A stretch of 64,000 nucleotides of DNA, from assembly GCA_036742665.1 (NCBI GenBank), contig DAINQP010000002.1, positions 2,531-66,530 on the forward strand, given 5' to 3'. This document shows, piece by piece, positions 48,068-55,929 of the stretch. The notes beneath the pieces are model-generated. The model was not told the origin of the DNA and ran no database searches. It was given only the letters and a program-made list of their open reading frames with translations. The translations under genes and the position numbers were made by a program. Source of the DNA: Vicinamibacterales bacterium (GTDB taxonomy: Bacteria; Acidobacteriota; Vicinamibacteria; Vicinamibacterales; UBA2999). The stretch's first letter is position 1. Every line of letters starts with the position of its first letter.

Positions 48068-48987
48068 TGCGACACACGCATCCGGTCATAGCCATGTTGA
48101 CGCTGGCGATGACCCTGGCAGCGTTGACCCCGAGTGCCGCCCAGGAGTCGTTGGCCAACGCTCGTCAGCTCTACGCGTCCGCCGACTACCGCAGCGCGTT
48201 GACGATGCTGAATACGCTGCTGTCGGCCAGTCCCTCGCCGCAGGATCGCCAGTCCATCGACCTGTACCGGACACTGTGTCTCGTGGCGATCGGCAACAAC
48301 GATGAGGCCAACAAGGCGATCGAAACGATGGTGTCGCGCGACCCGCTCTACCACCCGAATATGGATGAAGTGCCGCCGCGACTCCGTACCATCTTCAGCG
48401 ACGCGCGCAAACGACTGCTCCCCGCCCTCATCCAGGAACGATACGTCATCGCCAAGGCCGCCTTCGATAAAGGCGACATGAAGATTGCCTCCGACGGCTT
48501 CACGCAGGTTCTGCTGGCGCTCTCCGATCCCGATATCACGGTCGCGGCCAAGCAGCCGCCGCTCGCCGATCTCCGTGTGCTCGCATCAGGCTTCAACGAT
48601 CTCACGGTTCGCGCTCTGACGCCGCCACCCGTGCCGGTGGTGCCAATGGCGGTGCAACAGGCACCGCCACCGCCGGTCGCGGCGCCGCGCGAGCCGATCA
48701 TCTACTCGCAGGACAACGGCAACGTCCTGCCTCCGGAGACGGTGCGGCAGGACCTTCCACAATATCCCGGACGCGTGACGTTCGATCGCTCGGGTGTGCT
48801 CGAGGTCGTGATCGATACGACGGGCGCCGTCGAATCAGCGATGATGCTGGAAGGGGTCGAGGCGCTCTACAACCGCCTGCTGTTGACCGCCGCCAAGAAT
48901 TGGCGCTACCGTCCGGCACGCATCGATGGCGTGCCGGTCAAGTATCGCAAGCGCATCCAGATCACGCTCAACCGCATACAGGAGTAG
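48067..48987 (+). CDS. TPR-like + Pro-rich linker + TonB C-terminal domain protein
   Basis: TAATG overlap with the upstream gene. Signal peptide. Pro-rich spacer PPPVPVVPMAVQQAPPPPVAAP. TonB_C-like end PQYPGRVTFDRSGVLEVVIDTTGAVES...NWRYRPARIDGVPV. Confidence 0.7.
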   Translation: MRHTHPVIAMLTLAMTLAALTPSAAQESLANARQLYASADYRSALTMLNTLLSASPSPQDRQSIDLYRTLCLVAIGNNDEANKAIETMVSRDPLYHPNMDEVPPRLRTIFSDARKRLLPALIQERYVIAKAAFDKGDMKIASDGFTQVLLALSDPDITVAAKQPPLADLRVLASGFNDLTVRALTPPPVPVVPMAVQQAPPPPVAAPREPIIYSQDNGNVLPPETVRQDLPQYPGRVTFDRSGVLEVVIDTTGAVESAMMLEGVEALYNRLLLTAAKNWRYRPARIDGVPVKYRKRIQITLNRIQE

Positions 48988-48999
48988 CGGGTGCCCGCG

Positions 49000-49026
49000 T
49001 GCGTCGCCTCGCCGAAGGGCGACGCA
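49000..49026. terminator. hairpin after the TonB_C gene
   Basis: tgcgtcgcc-tcgccgaag-ggcgacgca: a 9-bp stem, 13 nt after the stop. Confidence 0.5.
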
Positions 49027-49029
49027 TCT

Positions 49030-49285
49030 GTCGCCCCTGTCGTGTACGGCGCATCAGCCACTTGAGTCACGTCTGAACCGCTGTACTTTCCTTTCAGTAA
49101 GATCGGATCCTTCGGTGTACTCCGCGCATCATCTTCGGATCCAACGTGAAGCGCTCGACGACGCGTAGCTGGTCGTCTCGCAGCGGCTTTGCGGCCGCCA
49201 CCAGCGGCCTGCGGACTTCTTCGATACCGCCTTTGCCCTTCGCGGACCCGAGGCACGCAACAACAAGCACAGCCGTTCGACTCAT
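49030..49285 (-). pseudogene. frameshifted mini-copy/remnant of the 'family X' C-terminal domain
   Basis: Frame A (49094..49285) reads MSRTAVLVVACLGS...DDQLRVVERFTLDPKMM and then stops. The adjacent frame continues PKDPILLKGKYSGSDVTQVADAPYTTGA. Together these align with 25100..26311: [52 protein letters not shown]. Confidence 0.55.
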
Positions 49286-49336
49286 TGGCTTAGTATACGG
49301 ATCCTGAGCCGGATCGGCCTCGATGAAGGTGGAGTC

Positions 49337-49852
49337 ATGGGATTGATACGACGCACGTTCGGATTCATGGCGATCGCGGTGCTGCTGCTGCTCGCATTCG
49401 CCGGCGGCTGGATTGTCGGCTTCGTCCGCGTCGGCGCCGCCTACGATACCGCGTTGCTGACCGACATCGAGCGGCAGTTCACCGAGCGGATGCGCGACGT
49501 GAGTCTCGTTGGTACGTTCACCGTCTTCGGGCGTGAGACGCGGAACGCAGAGGGCCGCGGCGGGCCGCGCATCGATCGCTACGACATCAGCAGCATCGAG
49601 AAGGTCGGAGAGAATCTGTGGCGCTTCAACGCCGGCATGGAGTGTTGCGGCGTGAAAGGTCGAATCCCGATCGTCATCCCGATGCGATTCGTTGGCGACA
49701 CGCCGATGATCATGATGACCGACACGGAGATCCCCGGCGTCGGCGCGTTCACGGTGCGGCTGTTCTTCTACGGCGACACGTACTCAGGCACGTGGCAACA
49801 CGGCAAAGTCATCGGCCAGATGTCAGGCCGGATCGAGAAGAAGGCTTCGTAG
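49337..49852 (+). CDS. membrane-anchored protein of unknown function
   Basis: N-terminal TM helix FGFMAIAVLLLLAFAGGWIVGF. 171 aa of normal composition. Confidence 0.55.
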   Translation: MGLIRRTFGFMAIAVLLLLAFAGGWIVGFVRVGAAYDTALLTDIERQFTERMRDVSLVGTFTVFGRETRNAEGRGGPRIDRYDISSIEKVGENLWRFNAGMECCGVKGRIPIVIPMRFVGDTPMIMMTDTEIPGVGAFTVRLFFYGDTYSGTWQHGKVIGQMSGRIEKKAS

Positions 49853-49870
49853 CCTGTTAGAATTGTCGCC

Positions 49871-51034
49871 ATGTCATCCATAATTCATGCCGCAAAATCC
49901 TTGTTGATTTTGACCGGCGCAGCCGCGGTGTTCGTCGTCACCGTGCGTGCACAATCGCCCGGTGTGGCACCGAGCGAGGCCAATCATTTCATCGAGACGC
50001 CAAAGGGTTGGGTCCATCCGAGGACGGCGTGGGGTGACCCCGATCTCACCGGCATCTGGCCCATTGCGCACGGCCTGAACCTCGTCCGGTCATGTCCGCG
50101 TGCCGGTGGCCCCGGCAGAGGTGGTGCTCCTGCGCCGGCGCCTGCAGCAACCGCGGCACCGCCGTGCGATCCCAACAACATTCCGCTGTTCAAGAGCGAG
50201 GCGGTCTACACCGCCGAAGTCGAGCGCGCCCTCGGAATTCGCAAAACGGGTGACAACGCCACGCAGGCGCTGGCGAAAGGCGATTTCGGCGCGGCATTGC
50301 AGGGCGGCGTGACGGACCCGACCTTTCCAGAGCGGCAGACATCGATGATTGTCGATCCGCCGAACGGCAAGCTTCCGGAGCTCACGCCCGAGGGCAAGCG
50401 TCGATCGGCACTCATGAAGAGCAGTTGGGCGGCCGCCGGAGAGACCGGGCAGATTTGGGACAAGCCGGAGGACTTCGACAGTTGGGACCGCTGCATCACG
50501 CGCGGCATGCCTTCATCGATGATGCCGTATCGCTACAACAACGGCATCGAGATTTTCCAGGCGCCGGGCATGGTCGTGCTGAGCCTCGAAATGATCCACG
50601 AGGATCGCATCGTCTATACGGACGGTCGGCAACCACTCAAGCCAGTCTTCAAGGCCTACATGGGCGAACCGCGAGGCCGATGGGAGGGCAACACGCTCGT
50701 CGTCACGACGACGAATTACAAGGAGGGTCCGTCGGGTACGAATATCGGCGTCTTCGGATCGCCTGCCGGTAATCGCTTCCCCGTCAGCGATCAGATGACG
50801 ACGACGGAGCGGTTCACGCGGGTGAACGACACCACGATTCTCTACGAGATGAAGATCGAGGATCCGGTGGTCATGGTGCAGCCCTACACCATCCGTTATC
50901 CGCTCCGTCTCAATAACAGCTACGAGTGGTGGGAGTACAACTGCCACGAAGGCAATCGCACGATTCGCGATTACATCACCTCGTCCCGCAAGGAACGAGC
51001 CAACGCACAGTCAGAGAGCGGCCAGAGCAAGTAG
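49871..51034 (+). CDS. exported protein of unknown function, 'family X' paralogue 3
   Basis: Signal peptide LLILTGAAAVFVVTVRAQ. Shared blocks: PDLTGIW, LTPEGKRR, RCITRGMPSSMMP, GIEIFQAPGMVV, GRWEGNTLVVTTTNY, TTTERF. Contains the insert AGGPGRGGAPAPAPAATAAPP. Confidence 0.7.
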   Translation: MSSIIHAAKSLLILTGAAAVFVVTVRAQSPGVAPSEANHFIETPKGWVHPRTAWGDPDLTGIWPIAHGLNLVRSCPRAGGPGRGGAPAPAPAATAAPPCDPNNIPLFKSEAVYTAEVERALGIRKTGDNATQALAKGDFGAALQGGVTDPTFPERQTSMIVDPPNGKLPELTPEGKRRSALMKSSWAAAGETGQIWDKPEDFDSWDRCITRGMPSSMMPYRYNNGIEIFQAPGMVVLSLEMIHEDRIVYTDGRQPLKPVFKAYMGEPRGRWEGNTLVVTTTNYKEGPSGTNIGVFGSPAGNRFPVSDQMTTTERFTRVNDTTILYEMKIEDPVVMVQPYTIRYPLRLNNSYEWWEYNCHEGNRTIRDYITSSRKERANAQSESGQSK

Positions 51035-51040
51035 GCACAC

Positions 51041-52585
51041 ATGAAAAAGACGAGCCTTACACTCGCCATCACCGCCACGATCGTTGCCGCTTACTCCGTT
51101 ACCGCGCCTGCCGCGATCTCTGACCCGGTCGCAACCGCCTCCGGCAAGCTGTCTGGTGTCACGCTGAAGTCGGGCGTGCGCGCCTTCAAGGGGATTCCGT
51201 TCGGCGCGCCACCGGTCGGCGATCTGCGCTGGAAAGAGCCGCAGCCAGTCGCTAAGTGGGATGACGTTCGCAAGGCCGATCAGTTCGGCAACGTCTGCGT
51301 GCAGCCATCGCAGCCGAACCGCATGCCGAACAACGTGACGACCGACCTGCCTGACTCCCCAAAGATCAGCGAAGACTGTCTGTACCTGAATGTGTGGACG
51401 TCGGCGAACAACCCGCGCGACAGACAGCCGGTCATGGTGTGGATCTTTGGCGGCGCCTACAGCGAGGGCGGCGGATCGAGCCCGCATAACGACGGCGAGG
51501 CCCTCGCCAAGAAGGGCGTCGTCCTGGTCACGTTCAACTATCGTCTCGGCGCGTTCGGGTTCTTCACGCATCCCGAGCTGACGAAGGAATCCGGACGAAA
51601 TGCCTCGGGCAACCAGGCGCTCGCCGACAGCATCGCGGCGCTGCAGTGGGTGAAGGCCAACATCGCGACGTTCGGCGGTGATCCGACCAACGTCACCATC
51701 TTCGGTGAATCTGCTGGAGCTGCGATGGTTGGCGGTCTCGTCGGGTCGCCAGTGGCGAAGGGTCTGTTCCAGCGCGCGATCAGCGAGAGCGGCGCGTGGA
51801 TGGGACTCGGCATGGGCCCGATGACAGATCGTGCGCAGGCCGAACGCGCACAGTTGCCCATCGCAGGACGTGGTGGCCGCGGTCGTGGCGACGCGCCCTC
51901 GGCGCAGCCGGCAACTCCCCCACCGCCCCCACCGTCGCTGCCACCGCTCGCCGAACTGCGGGCACGGTCCACCGAGGAAGTGGTCAAGACACTGCGCGGC
52001 TCCGGCATGATCATTGACGGCTGGATCGTTCCCGAGGATTTGTCGATCACCTTCGCGAACGGCAAACAGAACGCCGTGGACGTGATGGCCGGCTCGAACA
52101 AGGACGAGCACACTGCGCTCGGGGGCAATGTCGCCTTCCGCGACACGATGATGTGGGCGATGCGTCTGTTCAACGAGCGGCAGACCGCGATCGGCAAGCG
52201 CGCCTACTGGTACTTCTTCACACACGAGGGACCGATCGAACCGGGTGCCCGCGATCTCAAAGCCACCCACGCCGCAGAGATCGTTTACGCACTCAATAAC
52301 CTCTGGGCGCCGCGCGTGTACCCCGACTCGACGTCGCCGAAGCTGGCGATGGCTTCGGAGAAGGATCGCGCGATGGCGGATCAGATGTCGTCGTATTGGG
52401 TGAACTTCGCGCGCACCGGCGATCCGAACGGCAAGGGCTTGCCAACCTGGCCGCGCTTCAAGGATCGCAACGCACCGCCGCACATCCTCGGTCCGGCGGC
52501 CGAACCTCCCGGCCCGGACGTGCTGAACGCCTACGACGCTAAGTACGCCGAGGTCCTCAAGAATCTCCAGTCGGGATCGAAGTGA
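51041..52585 (+). CDS. carboxylesterase type B (para-nitrobenzyl-esterase-like), exported
   Basis: EDCLYLNVW, oxyanion WIFGGAY, nucleophile elbow GESAGA. Unusual insert PIAGRGGRGRGDAPSAQPATPPPPPPSLPP. Confidence 0.9.
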   Translation: MKKTSLTLAITATIVAAYSVTAPAAISDPVATASGKLSGVTLKSGVRAFKGIPFGAPPVGDLRWKEPQPVAKWDDVRKADQFGNVCVQPSQPNRMPNNVTTDLPDSPKISEDCLYLNVWTSANNPRDRQPVMVWIFGGAYSEGGGSSPHNDGEALAKKGVVLVTFNYRLGAFGFFTHPELTKESGRNASGNQALADSIAALQWVKANIATFGGDPTNVTIFGESAGAAMVGGLVGSPVAKGLFQRAISESGAWMGLGMGPMTDRAQAERAQLPIAGRGGRGRGDAPSAQPATPPPPPPSLPPLAELRARSTEEVVKTLRGSGMIIDGWIVPEDLSITFANGKQNAVDVMAGSNKDEHTALGGNVAFRDTMMWAMRLFNERQTAIGKRAYWYFFTHEGPIEPGARDLKATHAAEIVYALNNLWAPRVYPDSTSPKLAMASEKDRAMADQMSSYWVNFARTGDPNGKGLPTWPRFKDRNAPPHILGPAAEPPGPDVLNAYDAKYAEVLKNLQSGSK

Positions 52586-52660
52586 CCTCGCAGGGCCGGT
52601 CCTTTGGATCGGTCTTTCTCGTAACAATCCGGTAATATCGCTGCCGCATCCTCTGCCCAC

Positions 52661-53164
52661 GTGAATATCGATCCGTTCCTCATCTGGCTCGAATCGACCG
52701 CGCTCAGCCAGTGGATCGTGGGCTCGGAGTCGATGTTCGCCTTTCCAGGCATCCTCGCCCTTCATGCCATCGGGATGGGATTCGCCGTCGGCATCTGCCT
52801 GGCGCTCGATCTGCGAATTCTCGGCGTCGCACCAGCGGTGCGAATCGCCGAGATGCGCCGCTTCGTGCCGGTCGTGTGGGCCGGCTTCTGGCTGAACGCG
52901 GTCTCCGGAGTGCTGCTCCTGATCGGCTACCCGACCAAGGCACTGACCAACCCCGTGTTCTATCTGAAGCTGCTGCTGATCGGCGCGGGGCTCTGGTTGT
53001 TCAGGCGCATCGGCCGGCGCGTCTTCGATGACGCTGGCGACCAACGTGCGCAGTCGCCGCTCGTACAGCGGCTCGCGATCGTTTCGCTGGTGTGCTGGGT
53101 TGGCGCAATTACCGCCGGCCGCTTTCTCGCCTACACCTATCACCGACTGACGGCGTTGAGCTGA
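52661..53164 (+). CDS. polytopic membrane protein, paralogue A (possibly DUF6644-like)
   Basis: GTG start. 4-5 TM helices. Conserved blocks shared with the next gene: S..(F/H)..G......G.....DLR.LG, GF..N..SG, F.LK, GR.L.(A/F)Y. Confidence 0.65.
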   Translation: MNIDPFLIWLESTALSQWIVGSESMFAFPGILALHAIGMGFAVGICLALDLRILGVAPAVRIAEMRRFVPVVWAGFWLNAVSGVLLLIGYPTKALTNPVFYLKLLLIGAGLWLFRRIGRRVFDDAGDQRAQSPLVQRLAIVSLVCWVGAITAGRFLAYTYHRLTALS

Positions 53165-53733
53165 TGCTGCACGCTCTCCAGATCTGGCTCGTCACAAACA
53201 TCATCGCCCACTCGCCGGTGGCGAATCTGATGCGCACGGCATGGGCGTGGCCTATCGTCGAGAGCATTCACTTCCTCGGCTTGTGCTTGCTGATCGGCTG
53301 TATCGGTGCGTTCGATCTGCGTCTGCTCGGCGTGGCCAAGCGCGTGCCAATCGCGGCGATGCACCGGCTGATTCCGTTCGGCATCCTCGGCTTCGTGATC
53401 AATGCCTCGAGCGGCATGATGTTTCTGCTGACCGAGCCGGATCAGTACATCTACAACCCGTCGTTTCATCTCAAGTTCCTGTTCATCACCATAGGCGGCC
53501 TGAATGCCGCCACGTTCTACCTCTCTAGCTACCGCCAGGTTTTTGGTGCGAGCCCGTCGCTCAATCCGCCGCTGCGCGCCAAGGTCGTCGCCGCGATTTC
53601 GCTGACTGCCTGGGTCAGCGTCATCGTCTGCGGACGCATGCTGACGTTCTATCGTCCCGCACCCTGCATCGGGCAGCAGAGCGACATCCTGCTGCAGTGC
53701 GCGCCTGCCCCGGAAAGAGGAGCCAGACCATGA
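53164..53733 (+). CDS. polytopic membrane protein, paralogue B
   Basis: I moved the start to ATG 53164 (TGATG junction with the upstream stop). ESIHFLGLCLLIGCIGAFDLRLLG, GFVINASSGMMFLL, FHLKFLFI, CGRMLTFY. Confidence 0.65.
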   Translation: MLHALQIWLVTNIIAHSPVANLMRTAWAWPIVESIHFLGLCLLIGCIGAFDLRLLGVAKRVPIAAMHRLIPFGILGFVINASSGMMFLLTEPDQYIYNPSFHLKFLFITIGGLNAATFYLSSYRQVFGASPSLNPPLRAKVVAAISLTAWVSVIVCGRMLTFYRPAPCIGQQSDILLQCAPAPERGARP

Positions 53734-54095
53734 CACGCCTCGTCGCTCTCACCGTCACCGCGGCTCTGTTCACCGGCGTCTCTCTCTCGGCACATCATTC
53801 CTATTCGGCCTACGAGCGCGATCGCCTCGTCGAAGTGCAGGGTGTCCTCGACGAGTTGGAATGGGTTGCGCCTCACTCACTGCTCAAGGTCAAGGACGAT
53901 GAGGGACACCTTTACATCTTCGAGTGGCAGGCACCCTTTTCGCTTCAAAGGAGGGGTATCCAGCAGGACACTCTAAAGACGGGTGAACACATCATCGTCA
54001 CAGGGAATCCGCATCGGGAGTTCGAGACGAACCGCATTCTGAACTTCAAGTCTGTGAGGCGGCCGGCCGACGGCTGGAAATGGCCGAACTGGTGA
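53730..54095 (+). CDS. DUF6152-like small exported protein
   Basis: ATGA overlap with the upstream gene. Signal peptide ending TGVSLSA|HHSYSAYE. GVLDELEWVAPHSLLKVKDDEGH, RRGIQQDTLKTGEHIIV. Confidence 0.7.
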   Translation: MTRLVALTVTAALFTGVSLSAHHSYSAYERDRLVEVQGVLDELEWVAPHSLLKVKDDEGHLYIFEWQAPFSLQRRGIQQDTLKTGEHIIVTGNPHREFETNRILNFKSVRRPADGWKWPNW

Positions 54096-54103
54096 TCGTG
54101 TAG

Positions 54104-54163
54104 TCGTAGGGCCCGTCCTTTCGGACCGGCCGCTCAGGCACGTCCACAGGACGTGCCCTACGA
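54104..54163. repeat. REP-like composite hairpin between convergent genes
   Basis: Outer arms are tcgtagggc (54104-54112) and gccctacga (54155-54163). The inner perfect hairpin is ggcacgtcc-aca-ggacgtgcc (54137-54157). Confidence 0.6.
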
Positions 54164-54172
54164 CGTATCGCG

Positions 54173-55822
54173 CTAATTCGCGGCGGCTGGCACGGCTCCG
54201 CTGATCGATCGAAAGTAGTACGGCTCCCAGAAATCGCACTGTGATTCGCTGAGACGGTTCGCTTGCTGAACCGGCCGTTGCAGCGTGAGATACTTGTCGA
54301 CGCCGCGCCCTCCACCTTGTGGCCGGGTCACTGCCGGCCAGTGCACGATCGTCGGGTCGTCGGTGTTCGGACTCCCAGTCATCGCAAAGCGCGTCCAGTA
54401 ACCAGCGATGGTGTGCGCGAGTTCCAGGTCCGCCTGGCCGAGCGCGTAATTCGGGAAGAGCGGCGGAGCGTAATTGTTGCCGAACACGAAGTTCACCTCG
54501 AGTCCATGTACGACTCGATTGCCGGCCACGGGTGCAACCTCGTGACCAAACAGATAGACGAACACCGGAGTCCCGGTCATTTCGATCAGCCGAGCCACCC
54601 GTCTCGCTTCGCAGACATACTCGGCATCACCAACGGCGGCGGCAAGCGCGTCTTTAGGCGACGCGAACGCATCGGCCGGATAGGTGGCCATGACGGCGCT
54701 GGCGTCCGCGCCGAATTCCGAGTCGAGGGCCGCCGCATACTGATCGGCCGTCACGGCCGAGGGAAAGCTGCGGTTCACAAACGTCCATCCTTCATCGCGA
54801 TTGGCACCTAGGATCACTGGGACGTGACTGAAGGCGCCCGCTTCAAACAGGTGACGCGGCTGATCGGGAATCTCCACACCGTCGACGACGGGCGTCCATT
54901 GAGTACGGCCTGTCTCAGACAACTGTTCGAACAAGGGAGGCGGCGTGGCGAGTAGCACTTGTTCGCGACTCTTGCCTCGCAGACATACCAAAACTGCCGT
55001 CGAATCCGCACTCGTACAGCCCAGCGCGGCCGCAAACTCTGCGGCTTGTGCCTGCCCATCGGACATACTCCGCCAGCGAAACGACGCGGAGCCACTCTGC
55101 ATGATGGCGCGGTGGAACAGGCCCAGACTTGCTGGCGACACGAGGTGCAGACCGACACTGTGTGCGCCCGCGGACTGACCGCCTAGCGTCACGTTGTTCG
55201 GATCGCCACCAAACGCGGAGATGTGGTCACGGACCCAGACGAGCGCCGCGCGTTGATCGAGGAGCCCGTAATTGCCAGCCACCCCTCGTTCTTCGGTCGC
55301 GAGCGCTGCATGTGCAAGGAACCCGAACGGACCGAGACGATAGTTGGGAGCCACAATCACGGCGCCGGTGGACGCGGCAAGCACCTCGCCGTTTTGTGGA
55401 GCGAAACCAGCCGATGCATTGGCGAAGGCGCCGGGATGAAGCCACACGATCACCGGCGCGCCGGACGACGGTAAGGGGTTCGGCGTCCAGACGTTCAACT
55501 TGAGACAATCCTCATTGCCCATCGTCACTCCGGTGACGGCATTGAGCTGGGGGCACGAGAGCGGCGCCGTCGTCGCGGACAGCAGATTCGGAGTCCAGGG
55601 CGACACGGGTTGAGGCGCCTTCCACCGAAGGCCTGCGACAGGGGGCGCGGCAAATGGAACTCCCAGGAACGCACAGGATGCCCCGTGATCGAGCCCCTGC
55701 ACCGAGCCGTGCGAGGTGACCGTCAGGCACGTCTGGCCCTGAGCATCAGTGGAATGGGTACTCATCACCATCACCGCCGCGACCGCGGTCACACATGTGC
55801 TCAATACAAGAAATCGCCGCAT
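54173..55822 (-). CDS. carboxylesterase type B (second copy, divergent sequence), exported
   Basis: EDCLKLNVW, WLHPGAF, nucleophile elbow GQSAGA. Signal peptide VTAVAAVMVMSTHSTDAQ. Confidence 0.9.
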   Translation of the reverse strand: MRRFLVLSTCVTAVAAVMVMSTHSTDAQGQTCLTVTSHGSVQGLDHGASCAFLGVPFAAPPVAGLRWKAPQPVSPWTPNLLSATTAPLSCPQLNAVTGVTMGNEDCLKLNVWTPNPLPSSGAPVIVWLHPGAFANASAGFAPQNGEVLAASTGAVIVAPNYRLGPFGFLAHAALATEERGVAGNYGLLDQRAALVWVRDHISAFGGDPNNVTLGGQSAGAHSVGLHLVSPASLGLFHRAIMQSGSASFRWRSMSDGQAQAAEFAAALGCTSADSTAVLVCLRGKSREQVLLATPPPLFEQLSETGRTQWTPVVDGVEIPDQPRHLFEAGAFSHVPVILGANRDEGWTFVNRSFPSAVTADQYAAALDSEFGADASAVMATYPADAFASPKDALAAAVGDAEYVCEARRVARLIEMTGTPVFVYLFGHEVAPVAGNRVVHGLEVNFVFGNNYAPPLFPNYALGQADLELAHTIAGYWTRFAMTGSPNTDDPTIVHWPAVTRPQGGGRGVDKYLTLQRPVQQANRLSESQCDFWEPYYFRSISGAVPAAAN

Positions 55823-55929
55823 AACTCCTCCTTGAACGCGAGCCTGCGCGTAAGATACGAACGCGAGAACGCTGCAGTCTTGGGGAAACCCTGGGAGTTC
55901 GATGGGTTTTCCATGATCGGAACACTCAC

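Noticed and set aside
51011-53143. 710-aa minus-strand ORF
   Set aside because: It is antisense to the carboxylesterase (GESAGA) and membrane-protein genes. It is Arg-rich and has no recognisable domain.
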